A DNA stretch of 64,000 nucleotides from an uncultured delta proteobacterium (GTDB lineage Bacteria > Myxococcota_A > Polyangia > Fen-1088): NCBI GenBank assembly GCA_963767925.1, contig CAVYGB010000010.1, positions 1,472,001-1,536,000 of the forward strand. Reading direction: 5' to 3'. The position numbers and the translations under genes are program-made. This document shows, one piece after another, positions 19,863 to 29,301 of this stretch. Under the pieces are notes generated by a model. The model saw nothing but the letters and a program-made list of their open reading frames with translations, was not told the DNA's origin and did no database searches. Positions within the stretch are counted from its first letter, which is position 1. Each line of letters starts with the position of its first letter.

Positions 19863-22613
19863 TCACGGCGCGGGTGCCGGGCCCAGCGGCAGCACGTCCA
19901 CCCCTTTTCGCCACCGGGTGACGTAGGCGTGTCCCGCCTCCGGGAACACCCGCACCGCGGTGCCATAGGGATTGTCGATGAAGCGGTCGAAGCGGGGCAC
20001 CAGGCTGGCATCGTAGCGGTAGCTGGCATATCGGGAGAGCAGCAGCCCTGGTCCGGCGGCGTCGGGCGGCGTTCCGGCGAGGAGCGGAATCCGGCCGGCG
20101 AGGATCGGGCGGGCGGCGTCCCGGATGTCGATCGCCTGGAGCGCGTCCCTGCTGGCCACGAAGAGCGCGTCGTCCTGGACGATCGGCCGGCCGTACACCG
20201 GAGGTAGCTCGACCGCCGCGAGCTCGCGCAGCTTTCCGTCGGGATCCCGGCGCAGCACGCGCACGGTCGTCGAGAGCAGGAGGCCGCAGGCACCTTCGGT
20301 ATTCGAGACCGTGAAAAGGTAGGGAGGACGCACCGCCACCAGCAACCCCTCGATGGGGACCGCCGGCGCGATGACAGGGCGGCGCGGATCCGACGCATCG
20401 ACCTCGGTGATGTACGATCGCCGGTCCAGAGCGGAATATCCGGGCTCGGACTGGTGGGCCAGATAGAGGGTGCGATTCGAGATCGCCACGAGAGACCACC
20501 ACACGGCGCCGGGCAAGGGGATCTCGGAAGCGACGACCGGCGCGTCCGGATCGGCGACGTCCACCAGCGTGACCGGGCCCAGCGGGCACGGGCCGGAGTC
20601 GCACAGGCTGCGGCCCGGTCGCAAGACGAGCGTGGTATCCCCCACCAGCGCCGCCGGGATCCCCGCGTGCGGCTCGCGGCTGTCCGGCGATTCGAGGATG
20701 ACCGGCACCGTGACCGAGCCCCGCAGGCGCAGGTCCATCCCCGTCGTGCCCCGGTCGTGGACGTCGATCCGGGTGGCGCCGCCGTCCGTGCCCGACCAGA
20801 CCGTGCCCATCACGTAGGCCCGGCCGGCGCGCGCCAGGACGCGGCCGCCCTCGACCTTCGCCGGCGCGGTGGCCAGGGGCACGGCGATCTCCGGATCGGC
20901 CGCCGGGACCAGGTGCAGCTCGCTGTCCCCGTTGTGCCAGATCCCGACGAGCTCGTAGGCGTACGCGCCGTCGACGGCGATGTCGAAGATGCCGCGTTCG
21001 AGATCGACCGCCGCTGGACGCACCGGCGGGCGCGGTCCGGGCGCCACCCGGGCGTCGACCACCATCAGCCGGGGCCCCGCCGCCAGCAACCGACCGTCGG
21101 CGAGCGGCAACAGGGCGGTGACGTCGTCGCCGTCGACGACGATCTGCAGACCGTCGATGCCTCCATCTTCCCGGTCCACGGCGAAGACCCGCAGCTGGGC
21201 CTCGCGCACGGTGGCGCCGTCCCGGAAAGCTTCGAAGGAAAAGGCCAGCGTCCGGCCGTCGTCGGCGAGGAAGACCGCCGGCGCGCCGTCGGATCGGTAG
21301 ATGAGCGTGTTGTGCCCCTCGATCGCCGGCCTGACCCGTCCGCGTGCCACGGCGAGACCGTCTCTCAGGTCGTAGAGAGCAGCGAAGAGGGCGGGCTGCT
21401 GGCCGTCAGGCCCCCGCTCGTGCCCCACGACGAGAAAGCCGCCGTCCAGCAGACGTACGTCCTCCGCCACTCCGGCGTGCGGGCGCACCTCCCGCACGAC
21501 CGGTGTCGCCGGGGCCGACAGGTCGATCAGCGCCAGCCCCGTGCCGGCGACCACGGCGCGCGCCTCGCCGAAGGCCACCGCCCCGGCGGTGGGAACCAGC
21601 ACCTCCGCCAGCGGCGCCGCCACCCCATCGGGTTTCAAGCCGAACGTTCGCAGCTTCGACGACGACTGCCCCTGCCCGTCCGTCTCGACCGACACGATCG
21701 CCAGGACCCGGCCAGCGTCCTCGAGCCCCAGGTAGGTTGCGTGCCGGACCTCGCCAGGGATGATGGTCGTGCTGTGGACCGTGACCGGGCCCGCAGGGTC
21801 GACGTCCAGGACGGTGACGGTGGTGCTGGTGGAGGTGGCGAGGGGCCCCTCGCGCCGGTTGGCGACCACCAGCCGGCGGCCGGCGGCAAGCAGGGCGGTG
21901 CCGTGGACGCGGCCCCGGAACCTGGCGCTGCCAACGACCGGGAGCTGGTCCGGGCTGGACAGATCGTACACCTCCAGCGCGAGGTCCCCGACCTCCGACT
22001 GCACGGCGCCGTTGCTGAGGACCGCCAGATGGCCATCGAGCAGCACGCCACCGACAATCTTGCCGGTGACGTCCCGGCTACTCCGCACCCGGGGCGCGGC
22101 CGGATCCGAAAGGTCGACCACGGTCAGGCGGCTGCTCGCCCGCGCGCGCGTGCCGGTGGGGCATGCCGGGCAGACCTCCCGCACCCAGACGTCCCGGGAG
22201 GCGACCACCACGAGCTTGCCGAGTGGAAACAGCGCCAGCGGGTCTCCCTCGCTCGCCACGCGGGCCAGCCAGCGGGGGCGATCGGCGTCGGCGACGTCGA
22301 CCACCTGCAGCCCGCGGTGTTCTCCCAGGACGGAGAGCGTGGTTCCCGAGAGCGAGGCCGTCAGCCCGACGACGCCGGGCCCTCCTGGGCGCACGTGCGT
22401 CGAGTCGAACCCCGCCATCGCAATCGGCAGCTCCCCGCCTCCGCCGGGCGACCCCGGAGGAGGGCAAGCTGCATCGCTCCGACCGCCGCCGTCCAACGAG
22501 CTTCCCGTCAACTCGCCCGCCGGCCCGGTGACTCCCGGGCCCGAGCCTGGCCCTGCCGTGCAGCCGGCCACCACGCCCGCCGTGACAAGCAGGAGGAGCC
22601 CCGCCAGCACCAC
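19863..22613 (-). CDS. Beta-propeller (LVIVD/Beta_propel-like) lipoprotein
   Basis: Lipobox VAGC; repeated GLQVVDVAD.D.P, LTVVDLSDPAAP, VTLVDVADPDAP; start uncertain. Confidence 0.7.
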   Translation of the reverse strand: MVLAGLLLLVTAGVVAGCTAGPGSGPGVTGPAGELTGSSLDGGGRSDAACPPPGSPGGGGELPIAMAGFDSTHVRPGGPGVVGLTASLSGTTLSVLGEHRGLQVVDVADADRPRWLARVASEGDPLALFPLGKLVVVASRDVWVREVCPACPTGTRARASSRLTVVDLSDPAAPRVRSSRDVTGKIVGGVLLDGHLAVLSNGAVQSEVGDLALEVYDLSSPDQLPVVGSARFRGRVHGTALLAAGRRLVVANRREGPLATSTSTTVTVLDVDPAGPVTVHSTTIIPGEVRHATYLGLEDAGRVLAIVSVETDGQGQSSSKLRTFGLKPDGVAAPLAEVLVPTAGAVAFGEARAVVAGTGLALIDLSAPATPVVREVRPHAGVAEDVRLLDGGFLVVGHERGPDGQQPALFAALYDLRDGLAVARGRVRPAIEGHNTLIYRSDGAPAVFLADDGRTLAFSFEAFRDGATVREAQLRVFAVDREDGGIDGLQIVVDGDDVTALLPLADGRLLAAGPRLMVVDARVAPGPRPPVRPAAVDLERGIFDIAVDGAYAYELVGIWHNGDSELHLVPAADPEIAVPLATAPAKVEGGRVLARAGRAYVMGTVWSGTDGGATRIDVHDRGTTGMDLRLRGSVTVPVILESPDSREPHAGIPAALVGDTTLVLRPGRSLCDSGPCPLGPVTLVDVADPDAPVVASEIPLPGAVWWSLVAISNRTLYLAHQSEPGYSALDRRSYITEVDASDPRRPVIAPAVPIEGLLVAVRPPYLFTVSNTEGACGLLLSTTVRVLRRDPDGKLRELAAVELPPVYGRPIVQDDALFVASRDALQAIDIRDAARPILAGRIPLLAGTPPDAAGPGLLLSRYASYRYDASLVPRFDRFIDNPYGTAVRVFPEAGHAYVTRWRKGVDVLPLGPAPAP

Positions 22614-22837
22614 CCGCCCGAGCGACCGGAACCGGACAGGATTGTCGCGACCACACGCCCCGGGCCCAGCAAGAATCGGCAATCTCAGACGACGGTGTCC
22701 ACATGCCGCCCCGACTAGCAACGAACGTGCCTGAGCGGGCAGTGATCCATCGAGCGAGCCCTGAGCCGCGACGTCATTCACTCCGCCAGGAGCGCCCCCG
22801 AGCCTCCCGGCTCCCCGGGTAGGTCCTTCGGGCTCCG

Positions 22838-25690
22838 TCACCGGTCGACCGGCAGCTCGATCAGCACGATGTCGGAGTTTTCGCGCACACGCTCGAAGAG
22901 AATGCGCTCGCCGTCCGGGGATACGTCGAAGCGGTGAAGCGACTGGCCGGGCTGCAGCGCGGTCAACGGCCGGCGGCGGCCGGTCGCCACCTCGAACAAC
23001 CAGAGGTCCTGGCGCCGGAATCCTCCCAGCTTCACCACCAGCTCCTTGCCATCGGGAAGGAAGCGATAGTTGTCGCCGACGCGATCGACCGACAGCGCCG
23101 GCAGAGGATGTGGATGGCCGTCGGGCGTGACGGCCCGGAGGGGCACGCTTCGTGCCCGCGGGATACCGCTGTACAGGATGAACGTGCCGTCGGGAGACCA
23201 GACGGGATTGGAGGAGAACGAATCCACCAGCCGGACCGGCGAACCGCCGCCGGCCGGGATCTTGAAGACGCGCACCCCGGGCCCCTCCCGGGCGGCGACG
23301 GCAATCCACCGGCCATCCGGGGACCAGGAGGCCGCGCCCCTCACGTCGAGCGAAGGGGCGAGCGCCCGCGCGCCGGTTCCTTCGCCGGTCGTGCAGGACA
23401 GCGTCGAACGGCCCTGCCGGCGGACCGGAAAACAGACGCTACGGCCGTCCGGCGAGACCGCCGCGGCGCCGACCACCGCGCCCTGGCTGGGCTTCCATAC
23501 CTCGCTGGCCTGCCCGCCGGAGAGCCGCCACAGGCCATCCGCTCCACCACGTGAAGCCAGATAAAAGAGCGACGCGTCCGGGCCGAAGCGGGGGGCGGCC
23601 GATCGGGCGGTGGGGAGCTCGACGCGGCTAGCGGCTCGCTCCTCCGCGATGCCCTTCGCGATCGTGACGGTCCACAGTTGCGTGCTGGGGTTCGAGACCG
23701 CCGCCACCAGCCGCCGGAGCTGCCCCGACGCTTCCCTGCTGGCCGCGATGGAGATGTAGTGCTCGACCGCCGTGCTCACGCGATGAGCGACCCGGTCCTC
23801 CAGGTCCATGGCGTACAACCACGGCCCGGAGCCATCGTCCGCCGTCGCCGTGTAAAAGAGCGTGCGATCGTCGAGCAGCACCGGATACGCCGCTCTCGAA
23901 TCGTGTCGCGTGAGTCGCTCGGCCGGACCGCCGCTCGATGGAATCCGCCAGATGTCCATCCTGTCCGGCGGTATCCCGTGCGAAAAATACAGAAAGCGGC
24001 CGTCGGGCGACCAGCTCAGGTGGTGGCAATGAATGCCGGGAGGGGCGATGAAGACACCTCGCGAATTCTTGCCATCACCATCGGCGACATGGATCGCATC
24101 GCCTGGCGTGTTCTCGTGGTAGGCCACCCTGGATCCGTCCGGAGACCAGACGGCCATCACGGCGGAATCGAGGAACGGCCGCGGCGTGCCCCCTGACGTG
24201 GGAACGATGGACACCGAGGAAGGCGAGGTGGTATCGGCCAGCGTGATGTCGGCTATCCGGATCCATACGTGGGCGGCGTCCAGGGTGAACCCGATGTTGC
24301 GTACGTCCTCGTTGTAGAGCTCCGGAAGACGTCCGCCCGTCAGGTTCACGAACTGCCCGCTGCCCACCCGGGACACAAAGGCGTCGAACACGTCGTCGCG
24401 GTCGGCGATGAACGCCACGAATTCGCCGTCTGCCGAGATGGCGGCGTCCACCTCGGAGCCGGCAAAATCCGTCACCCGTTCGATCCGCGCGCTGGCCCAA
24501 CGTTTTCGCCACGCCGCCTCCGGTACCGACCTCCCCTGCCACGTCAGGATGGTGACCACGGCGGCGACCACGGCGAGGGACGCCACCCTGGTGGGCCATC
24601 GCCATCGCGACGTCGGAACGCGGCCCGGTCCACTGCGCGCCACGGCCAGCGCTTCGAGGCGCTGGACCAGCTCATCGGTGCTCTGCCAGCGATCGGCCGC
24701 TCGCTTCTCCAGGCACTTCATCACCAGATCGGCCAGCGGCTCGGGCACGTCCGCCCGGTGGGTCGTCAGGGGCGCCGGCGCCTGGGTCAGGTGGGCCGCC
24801 AGCACATCCTGGAGGGCCCCACCTTCGAACGGTGGCCGTCCCGTCAGGAGCTCGTACGCCAGGACGCCGAAAGAGTAGATGTCGGCCCGGTGATCGACGC
24901 CCGGAGCGGCCTTTATCTGCTCCGGCGCCATGTACGCAGGGGTGCCGAGGGTAACGCCTCCCCCTGCGGGCGTGGCCTCTTTGACGGCCTCGGTCGTCGC
25001 CCTCGCCAGGCCAAAATCCGTGACCAGCGCGTGGCGGCCCGACAGCAGGACGTTGTCCGGCTTGACGTCGCGATGGACGATGCCGCGCTGGTGTGCGTAT
25101 GCCAGCGCATCGCACACGTCGCGCAGGATGAGCAGCACGTCCTCCAGCGGCAGCGGGCCCTGGCGCGCCAGCCGCTGCCGCAACGACGACCCGCCTTCGT
25201 ACGGCATGACGTAGTACAGACGCCCGTCCGCCTGCCCCGAGTCGAACAGCGGGACGATATGGGGATGGTGGAGCTGCGCCACGATCTCGATCTCGCGGAG
25301 AAAGCGCTCGGCTCCCACCGCCGAGGCGACCGCCGGATGCACCAGCTTGATCGCGACATCACGCCCGTGTTTCAGGTCTTGCGCGAGGTACACGGTGGCC
25401 ATCCCGCCGCGCCCCAGCTCCCGGGCGAGGCTGTAGCGCCCGGCGAGCGCTTCGGGGAAGGGCGGCTCGTCATCGAACAGCCCCGCGAAGCGCTCCGCGG
25501 CCGGCCGGCTGAGCAGGTGCGGCTCCTGCTCGCACTCGGCGAGGAGGCTCTCCAGCTCCGATCGACGGCCGGCGTCGCCCTTGCTCAGCTCCGCGATGAG
25601 CGCAGCTCTGCGCTCCGGTGGCGTATCGAGCAGGACATCGACGAGCGATGTCAGATCGGACCACCTGTCGAGGGGATGGGTTCCGGCCAC
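22838..25690 (-). CDS. Membrane Ser/Thr kinase with TolB/PD40-like extracytoplasmic propellers
   Basis: GRGGMATVY, VAIK, HRDVKPDN, DFG, GTPAYMAPE, one TM, repeated WSPDG; GGAG RBS before GTG 25690. Confidence 0.93.
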   Translation of the reverse strand: MAGTHPLDRWSDLTSLVDVLLDTPPERRAALIAELSKGDAGRRSELESLLAECEQEPHLLSRPAAERFAGLFDDEPPFPEALAGRYSLARELGRGGMATVYLAQDLKHGRDVAIKLVHPAVASAVGAERFLREIEIVAQLHHPHIVPLFDSGQADGRLYYVMPYEGGSSLRQRLARQGPLPLEDVLLILRDVCDALAYAHQRGIVHRDVKPDNVLLSGRHALVTDFGLARATTEAVKEATPAGGGVTLGTPAYMAPEQIKAAPGVDHRADIYSFGVLAYELLTGRPPFEGGALQDVLAAHLTQAPAPLTTHRADVPEPLADLVMKCLEKRAADRWQSTDELVQRLEALAVARSGPGRVPTSRWRWPTRVASLAVVAAVVTILTWQGRSVPEAAWRKRWASARIERVTDFAGSEVDAAISADGEFVAFIADRDDVFDAFVSRVGSGQFVNLTGGRLPELYNEDVRNIGFTLDAAHVWIRIADITLADTTSPSSVSIVPTSGGTPRPFLDSAVMAVWSPDGSRVAYHENTPGDAIHVADGDGKNSRGVFIAPPGIHCHHLSWSPDGRFLYFSHGIPPDRMDIWRIPSSGGPAERLTRHDSRAAYPVLLDDRTLFYTATADDGSGPWLYAMDLEDRVAHRVSTAVEHYISIAASREASGQLRRLVAAVSNPSTQLWTVTIAKGIAEERAASRVELPTARSAAPRFGPDASLFYLASRGGADGLWRLSGGQASEVWKPSQGAVVGAAAVSPDGRSVCFPVRRQGRSTLSCTTGEGTGARALAPSLDVRGAASWSPDGRWIAVAAREGPGVRVFKIPAGGGSPVRLVDSFSSNPVWSPDGTFILYSGIPRARSVPLRAVTPDGHPHPLPALSVDRVGDNYRFLPDGKELVVKLGGFRRQDLWLFEVATGRRRPLTALQPGQSLHRFDVSPDGERILFERVRENSDIVLIELPVDR

Positions 25691-25707
25691 CGCGGTCTCC
25701 GGGCGAT

Positions 25708-26259
25708 TCAGGCTTCCAGGGCGCGGCGGAGCAGCACGCGCGCCTTCACCCAGTCGCGTTGCACCGTGCGGATCGTGAGGGCCAGCGCTTCTGCCGTCTC
25801 CTCCTCGGTCAGCCCGCCGAAGAACCGGCACTCCACGACCCGGGCCAGGCGCGGCTCGAACGCCGCCAGGCGATCCATGGCGTCGTTGAGGTGGAGCAGC
25901 TGCTCGGGGTCATCGGCGCCCATGGCCTGGTCGTCGAGCGTGACTCGACGCAGATCGCCGCCGCGCTTGAGCGTGCTCAGCTCCCGGGCGCGATCGACGA
26001 GGACGTGCCGCATCGCCAGGGATGCCAGCGCGAGAAAGTGAGCGCGGTCGTGCCATCCGGCGCCCGAGGTGTCCGCGAGCTTGAGGTAAACGTCATGGAC
26101 GAGCGCCGTTGTCGACTGCGTTCCCCCGCGCCCCATGACTCGGCGATGAGCGATGGCACGCAACTCCTGATAGACCAGCGCCACGATCTGATCGAGCGGC
26201 TCTGGCCCGCCGGTCGGAGCGGCGCGGAGAACATCGAGGGGGGTGCTCGGAGCGGCCAT
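25708..26259 (-). CDS. ECF sigma factor, kinase-associated (TIGR02999/ECF43-like)
   Basis: VYQELRAIAH, STTALVHDVYLKL, RAHFLALASLAMRHVLVDRAR, VVECRFFGGLT, RTVQRDW..AR. Confidence 0.92.
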   Translation of the reverse strand: MAAPSTPLDVLRAAPTGGPEPLDQIVALVYQELRAIAHRRVMGRGGTQSTTALVHDVYLKLADTSGAGWHDRAHFLALASLAMRHVLVDRARELSTLKRGGDLRRVTLDDQAMGADDPEQLLHLNDAMDRLAAFEPRLARVVECRFFGGLTEEETAEALALTIRTVQRDWVKARVLLRRALEA

Positions 26260-26386
26260 CTGCCCTAAGGAACGGCCGGACGCGACAATATGCCAGGGCC
26301 GTGAGCGCGATGTCGTGTTCCGGTGCGACTTCCCGTTAGCCCGGATGAGTAGGCAGCGGCCATTTCACCTCGCAACGGGAGACACC

Positions 26387-26929
26387 ATGTCGATGATCCA
26401 CCGCAATCACGTTCACGCCCTGATATTCGCCACTTCGCTCGCCGCATGCACCGGCGACGCCGCGCCGGGCCAGTCGGATCCGTCGAGGAGCCCGCCTGCC
26501 CTGTCAGTCGCCTCGGGAACGGTCGGGACGTTGCAGGGCCGCGCGACCTTCAGCGATCCAGCCAATCCAGTGTTCAGGGTGGCCCGCATGACGGGAGACT
26601 GGCGCTTCGCGCTCGAGGCGGAGCCTGCTTTCGACCTCGCGGTTCAGACCATCGCCTTCGATCCAGGGGGGCAAAGCGGCTGGCACAGTCACCCGGGCCC
26701 GGTGTTCATCCAGGTGGTGTCGGGCACGATGACCTTCTACGAATCCCACGATCCAACCTGTTCACCGACGGTGGTGCAGGCGGGCCAGGGGTATCTCGAC
26801 CACGGAGAGCATGCCCACATTGCGCGCAACGAGAGCGCGGAGCCAGCGCAAAACGTCGTGACCTACTTCGTCCCGCCGGGCGTCCCGTTGCGGATCGACC
26901 AGCCGATCCCCGGGAACTGCCCCTTCTGA
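26387..26929 (+). CDS. Cupin domain lipoprotein
   Basis: Lipobox LAAC; PGGQSGWHSHPGP..V.SG, HAHIARNE; GGAGA RBS. Confidence 0.85.
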   Translation: MSMIHRNHVHALIFATSLAACTGDAAPGQSDPSRSPPALSVASGTVGTLQGRATFSDPANPVFRVARMTGDWRFALEAEPAFDLAVQTIAFDPGGQSGWHSHPGPVFIQVVSGTMTFYESHDPTCSPTVVQAGQGYLDHGEHAHIARNESAEPAQNVVTYFVPPGVPLRIDQPIPGNCPF

Positions 26930-26935
26930 CAGCGA

Positions 26936-27778
26936 TCACCGGGATGCCAGGCGCTGGAAGAGGAGGTCGAGATAGCTGACATCGATGGGGCGGTTCCAGG
27001 CCGCGCCGCCGGCGCCCTGGCCTGCGGGCGCCGAGACCATGAACTTCACCTTGCCGCGCGCGGCGTTTATCGCGGAGAGCGAGGGCGGTGACGGCTGCGA
27101 ATGCACCATCACGCTCAGCCGGCCGGCGACGCCGCCCACGAGGTTGTGAAGCGTCTGGAGCTGTGTCCCGGTGGGCCAGGTGCTGTTCTCGTGCCCCACG
27201 AAGACATCGATGCCAGTCCGCACGAACGAGGCGTCGAAGACCCGGCCTGGATTGGCGACCACGAGCTTGCCCGGATAACTGGTACGGATGTGATCGCGGA
27301 TGGCCCGGTAATACGCGTTGAATGAGGCCTGGCTGCCGTCTCCCTCGGAGTACCCGGCATGGTCCGCCTCGTCGAGGAAGATGCCCTGCACCTTGTTCGT
27401 GTAGACGTACTCCTCCTCGGCGACCAGCCGCCCGCCGGCGTGGTGCTGGATCGGGAAGGGCTGGTCGCCGAGCCAGCGGTCGATCTGAGCGCAAACGACG
27501 GCGAGGTCCTTGTTCCCGTGGCTGGTGGCCACATACCCCAGCATGTCGATCCGTCCGACCAGGGCCAGGCCTATCGCCCGGTCGTAGTGCTTCGTGTCGA
27601 AGTTGTCGTTGGCGCCGTTGCTGGCGTTGGCAATCATCCACACCGGCAGGCACGGATAGCGGGACGCAGCGGTGACAACGCTCTGCCAGCCCGGGCTGAG
27701 CTGGGTGGGCGAGGCCATCGGGAACACGTAGTTGGGAATGATCAGGCCGGTCTCGGCCCCGATGCGGTCGTCGTGCAT
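26936..27778 (-). CDS. Spherulin-4/GH135-like glycoside hydrolase
   Basis: IIPNYVFP, IANASNG, LGYVATSHG, VQGIFLDE, VVANPG, DVFVGHEN. Confidence 0.75.
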   Translation of the reverse strand: MHDDRIGAETGLIIPNYVFPMASPTQLSPGWQSVVTAASRYPCLPVWMIANASNGANDNFDTKHYDRAIGLALVGRIDMLGYVATSHGNKDLAVVCAQIDRWLGDQPFPIQHHAGGRLVAEEEYVYTNKVQGIFLDEADHAGYSEGDGSQASFNAYYRAIRDHIRTSYPGKLVVANPGRVFDASFVRTGIDVFVGHENSTWPTGTQLQTLHNLVGGVAGRLSVMVHSQPSPPSLSAINAARGKVKFMVSAPAGQGAGGAAWNRPIDVSYLDLLFQRLASR

Positions 27779-27995
27779 GAAGCTCACGCCCCGGTTGGAT
27801 GTCGGATTGAGTGCGCGGATTCCGCTCCCGGCGCTGCCGCCGCTCTCGCGGTCGACAACGAACCATGATGTTGTAGCCGATGACCGGACTCGGCACCGCA
27901 CCGGTCCGCCCCTGTTGCCAGCCGGGCCTGACGATCTGGATGAAGAGAAGTTGATGGCGCGGTTCGAATGGGCCTGGTGCTATCGAGGATGAGCC

Positions 27996-28413
27996 ATGCG
28001 AGCGCCGAGCTGGTCCATCCTTCTCGCGACCGCGCTGCTGGCCCTCCCGGGCTGTGGCGAGGGCGGCGACGGCGGGGCAACGACGGTGAGCAGCGACTTC
28101 GAATCGGGCAGCATCGGGGCGACCGTATTACTACGTGCCGGTCTCCTCCTACGATCAGCGGGTCTGGCACCGCTTCGAAGCAGCCGAGGTCACCCGGCCC
28201 GAGGGGTCTCGACCCGGATGGTGAAGCGCTTCGACGCCGCCACCGTGTGGCTGGCCCGCTTCTATCCCTACACCGCGACCGACCTGGACCGCTATCTGGG
28301 GACGCTGCCCGGCGGTGGCGACCGGTCCCGGGAGACCGTCGGGACCACCGCCCTCGGACGTCCGATGCAGCTCCTGACGGTCACGAACCCCGCGACGCCC
28401 CCCCGACGCCCCC
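27996..28413 (+). pseudogene. Remnant of an M14-like zinc carboxypeptidase lipoprotein
   Basis: Lipobox LPGC, VSSDFESGSIG, out-of-frame YYVPVSSYDQRVWHRF, RFDAATVWLARFYPYT, ETVGTTALGRPMQLLTVT; no catalytic HxxE. Confidence 0.6.
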
Positions 28414-28422
28414 TGAGACAAG

Positions 28423-28440
28423 TCGTACGCATCTGTACGA
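28423..28440. promoter_or_regulatory. Putative TetR operator 1
   Basis: Perfect dyad TCGTAC-GCATCT-GTACGA, 41 bp upstream of the tetR ATG. Confidence 0.7.
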
Positions 28441-28481
28441 AAACGTCGGGACCTGTTATCTCCTGCCTGGACGCGCAGACC

Positions 28482-29117
28482 ATGGCCGCCAGCACCTCAT
28501 CGCCCCCGCGCCGGGCCGACGCGCGCCGGAACATCGAGACCATCATCGCGGCCGCCGAGCGCTGCCTGGCCCGCGATCCCGACGCCAGCATGAGCGACAT
28601 CGCCAGCGAGGCCGGCCTGGGGCGGGTCACCCTCTACGCTCATTTCAAGACGCGGGCCGAGCTGGTGGAGGTGGTCGCCCGCCGCGTCCTCGCTGACGTC
28701 AACCCGATCCTCGACGGCGTCGACCTGCGGGGCGACCCCGCGCAGGCGCTGGCGCGGCTGGTGACAGCGTCGTGGGAGGTGACGGCGCGATCGGGCAGCC
28801 TGATCGTCGCCGTCGAGCGGGCGCTCCCCCCCGAGGTGGTGCGGGATGCGCACGGGGGAAAGCTGGAGGACCGGGTGCGGCGCTTCCTGGCCCGCGGCCA
28901 GCGTGAGCGGACGTTTCGCAGCGATCTGTCGACCGACTGGCTCGTCGCCCTCTTTCACGCGACGCTGCACACCGCCGCCACCGAGGTCCACGCCGGCCGG
29001 CTGGCGACCAGCGAGGTCGCGGCCACCATCACCGCCACCCTGCTGGCTGCCTACCGGCCCCCTCCCGAGACGGGCAGCCGGGCCCGGCAGGCGCGCGGGC
29101 GCACCGCTTCGCGGTGA
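28482..29117 (+). CDS. TetR-family regulator
   Basis: RRADARRNIETIIAAA..SMSDIASEAGLGRVTLYAHFKTRAEL; C-terminal RGQ....FRSDL. Confidence 0.93.
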   Translation: MAASTSSPPRRADARRNIETIIAAAERCLARDPDASMSDIASEAGLGRVTLYAHFKTRAELVEVVARRVLADVNPILDGVDLRGDPAQALARLVTASWEVTARSGSLIVAVERALPPEVVRDAHGGKLEDRVRRFLARGQRERTFRSDLSTDWLVALFHATLHTAATEVHAGRLATSEVAATITATLLAAYRPPPETGSRARQARGRTASR

Positions 29118-29189
29118 ACCACCCGCGTGCCCGCTGGCCCGCAGGGTAGGTGCCGGGCCGCACGGTGGCACCACCGAGCAAAGTTGGAT

Positions 29190-29241
29190 TTGTCATACAG
29201 ATGTGTTCGAGTTATGACTTAACCCGTACTCGTATGTACGA
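29190..29241 (+). promoter_or_regulatory. Putative rph promoter with two TetR operators
   Basis: TTGTCA(29190)-N17-TATGAC; TCATAC-N6-GTTCGA (29193-29210) and CCGTAC-N6-GTACGA (29224-29241). Confidence 0.65.
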
Positions 29242-29301
29242 GATGAGTTTGCCCCCTCCCGGGCCGGCGGGGCGTGCTTTTCACGAGAGGAAGGTGAGCG
29301 G

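Noticed and set aside
27996..29117. A single lipoprotein-TetR fusion protein
   Set aside because: An exported TetR is implausible; the 5' part is a broken peptidase, and the operator lies just before the internal ATG at 28482.
29118..29301. Actinobacterial RAE upstream of rph
   Set aside because: I could not recognise it by eye; only the TetR-like dyads and an imperfect GC hairpin are evident. A PWM scan is needed to exclude it.
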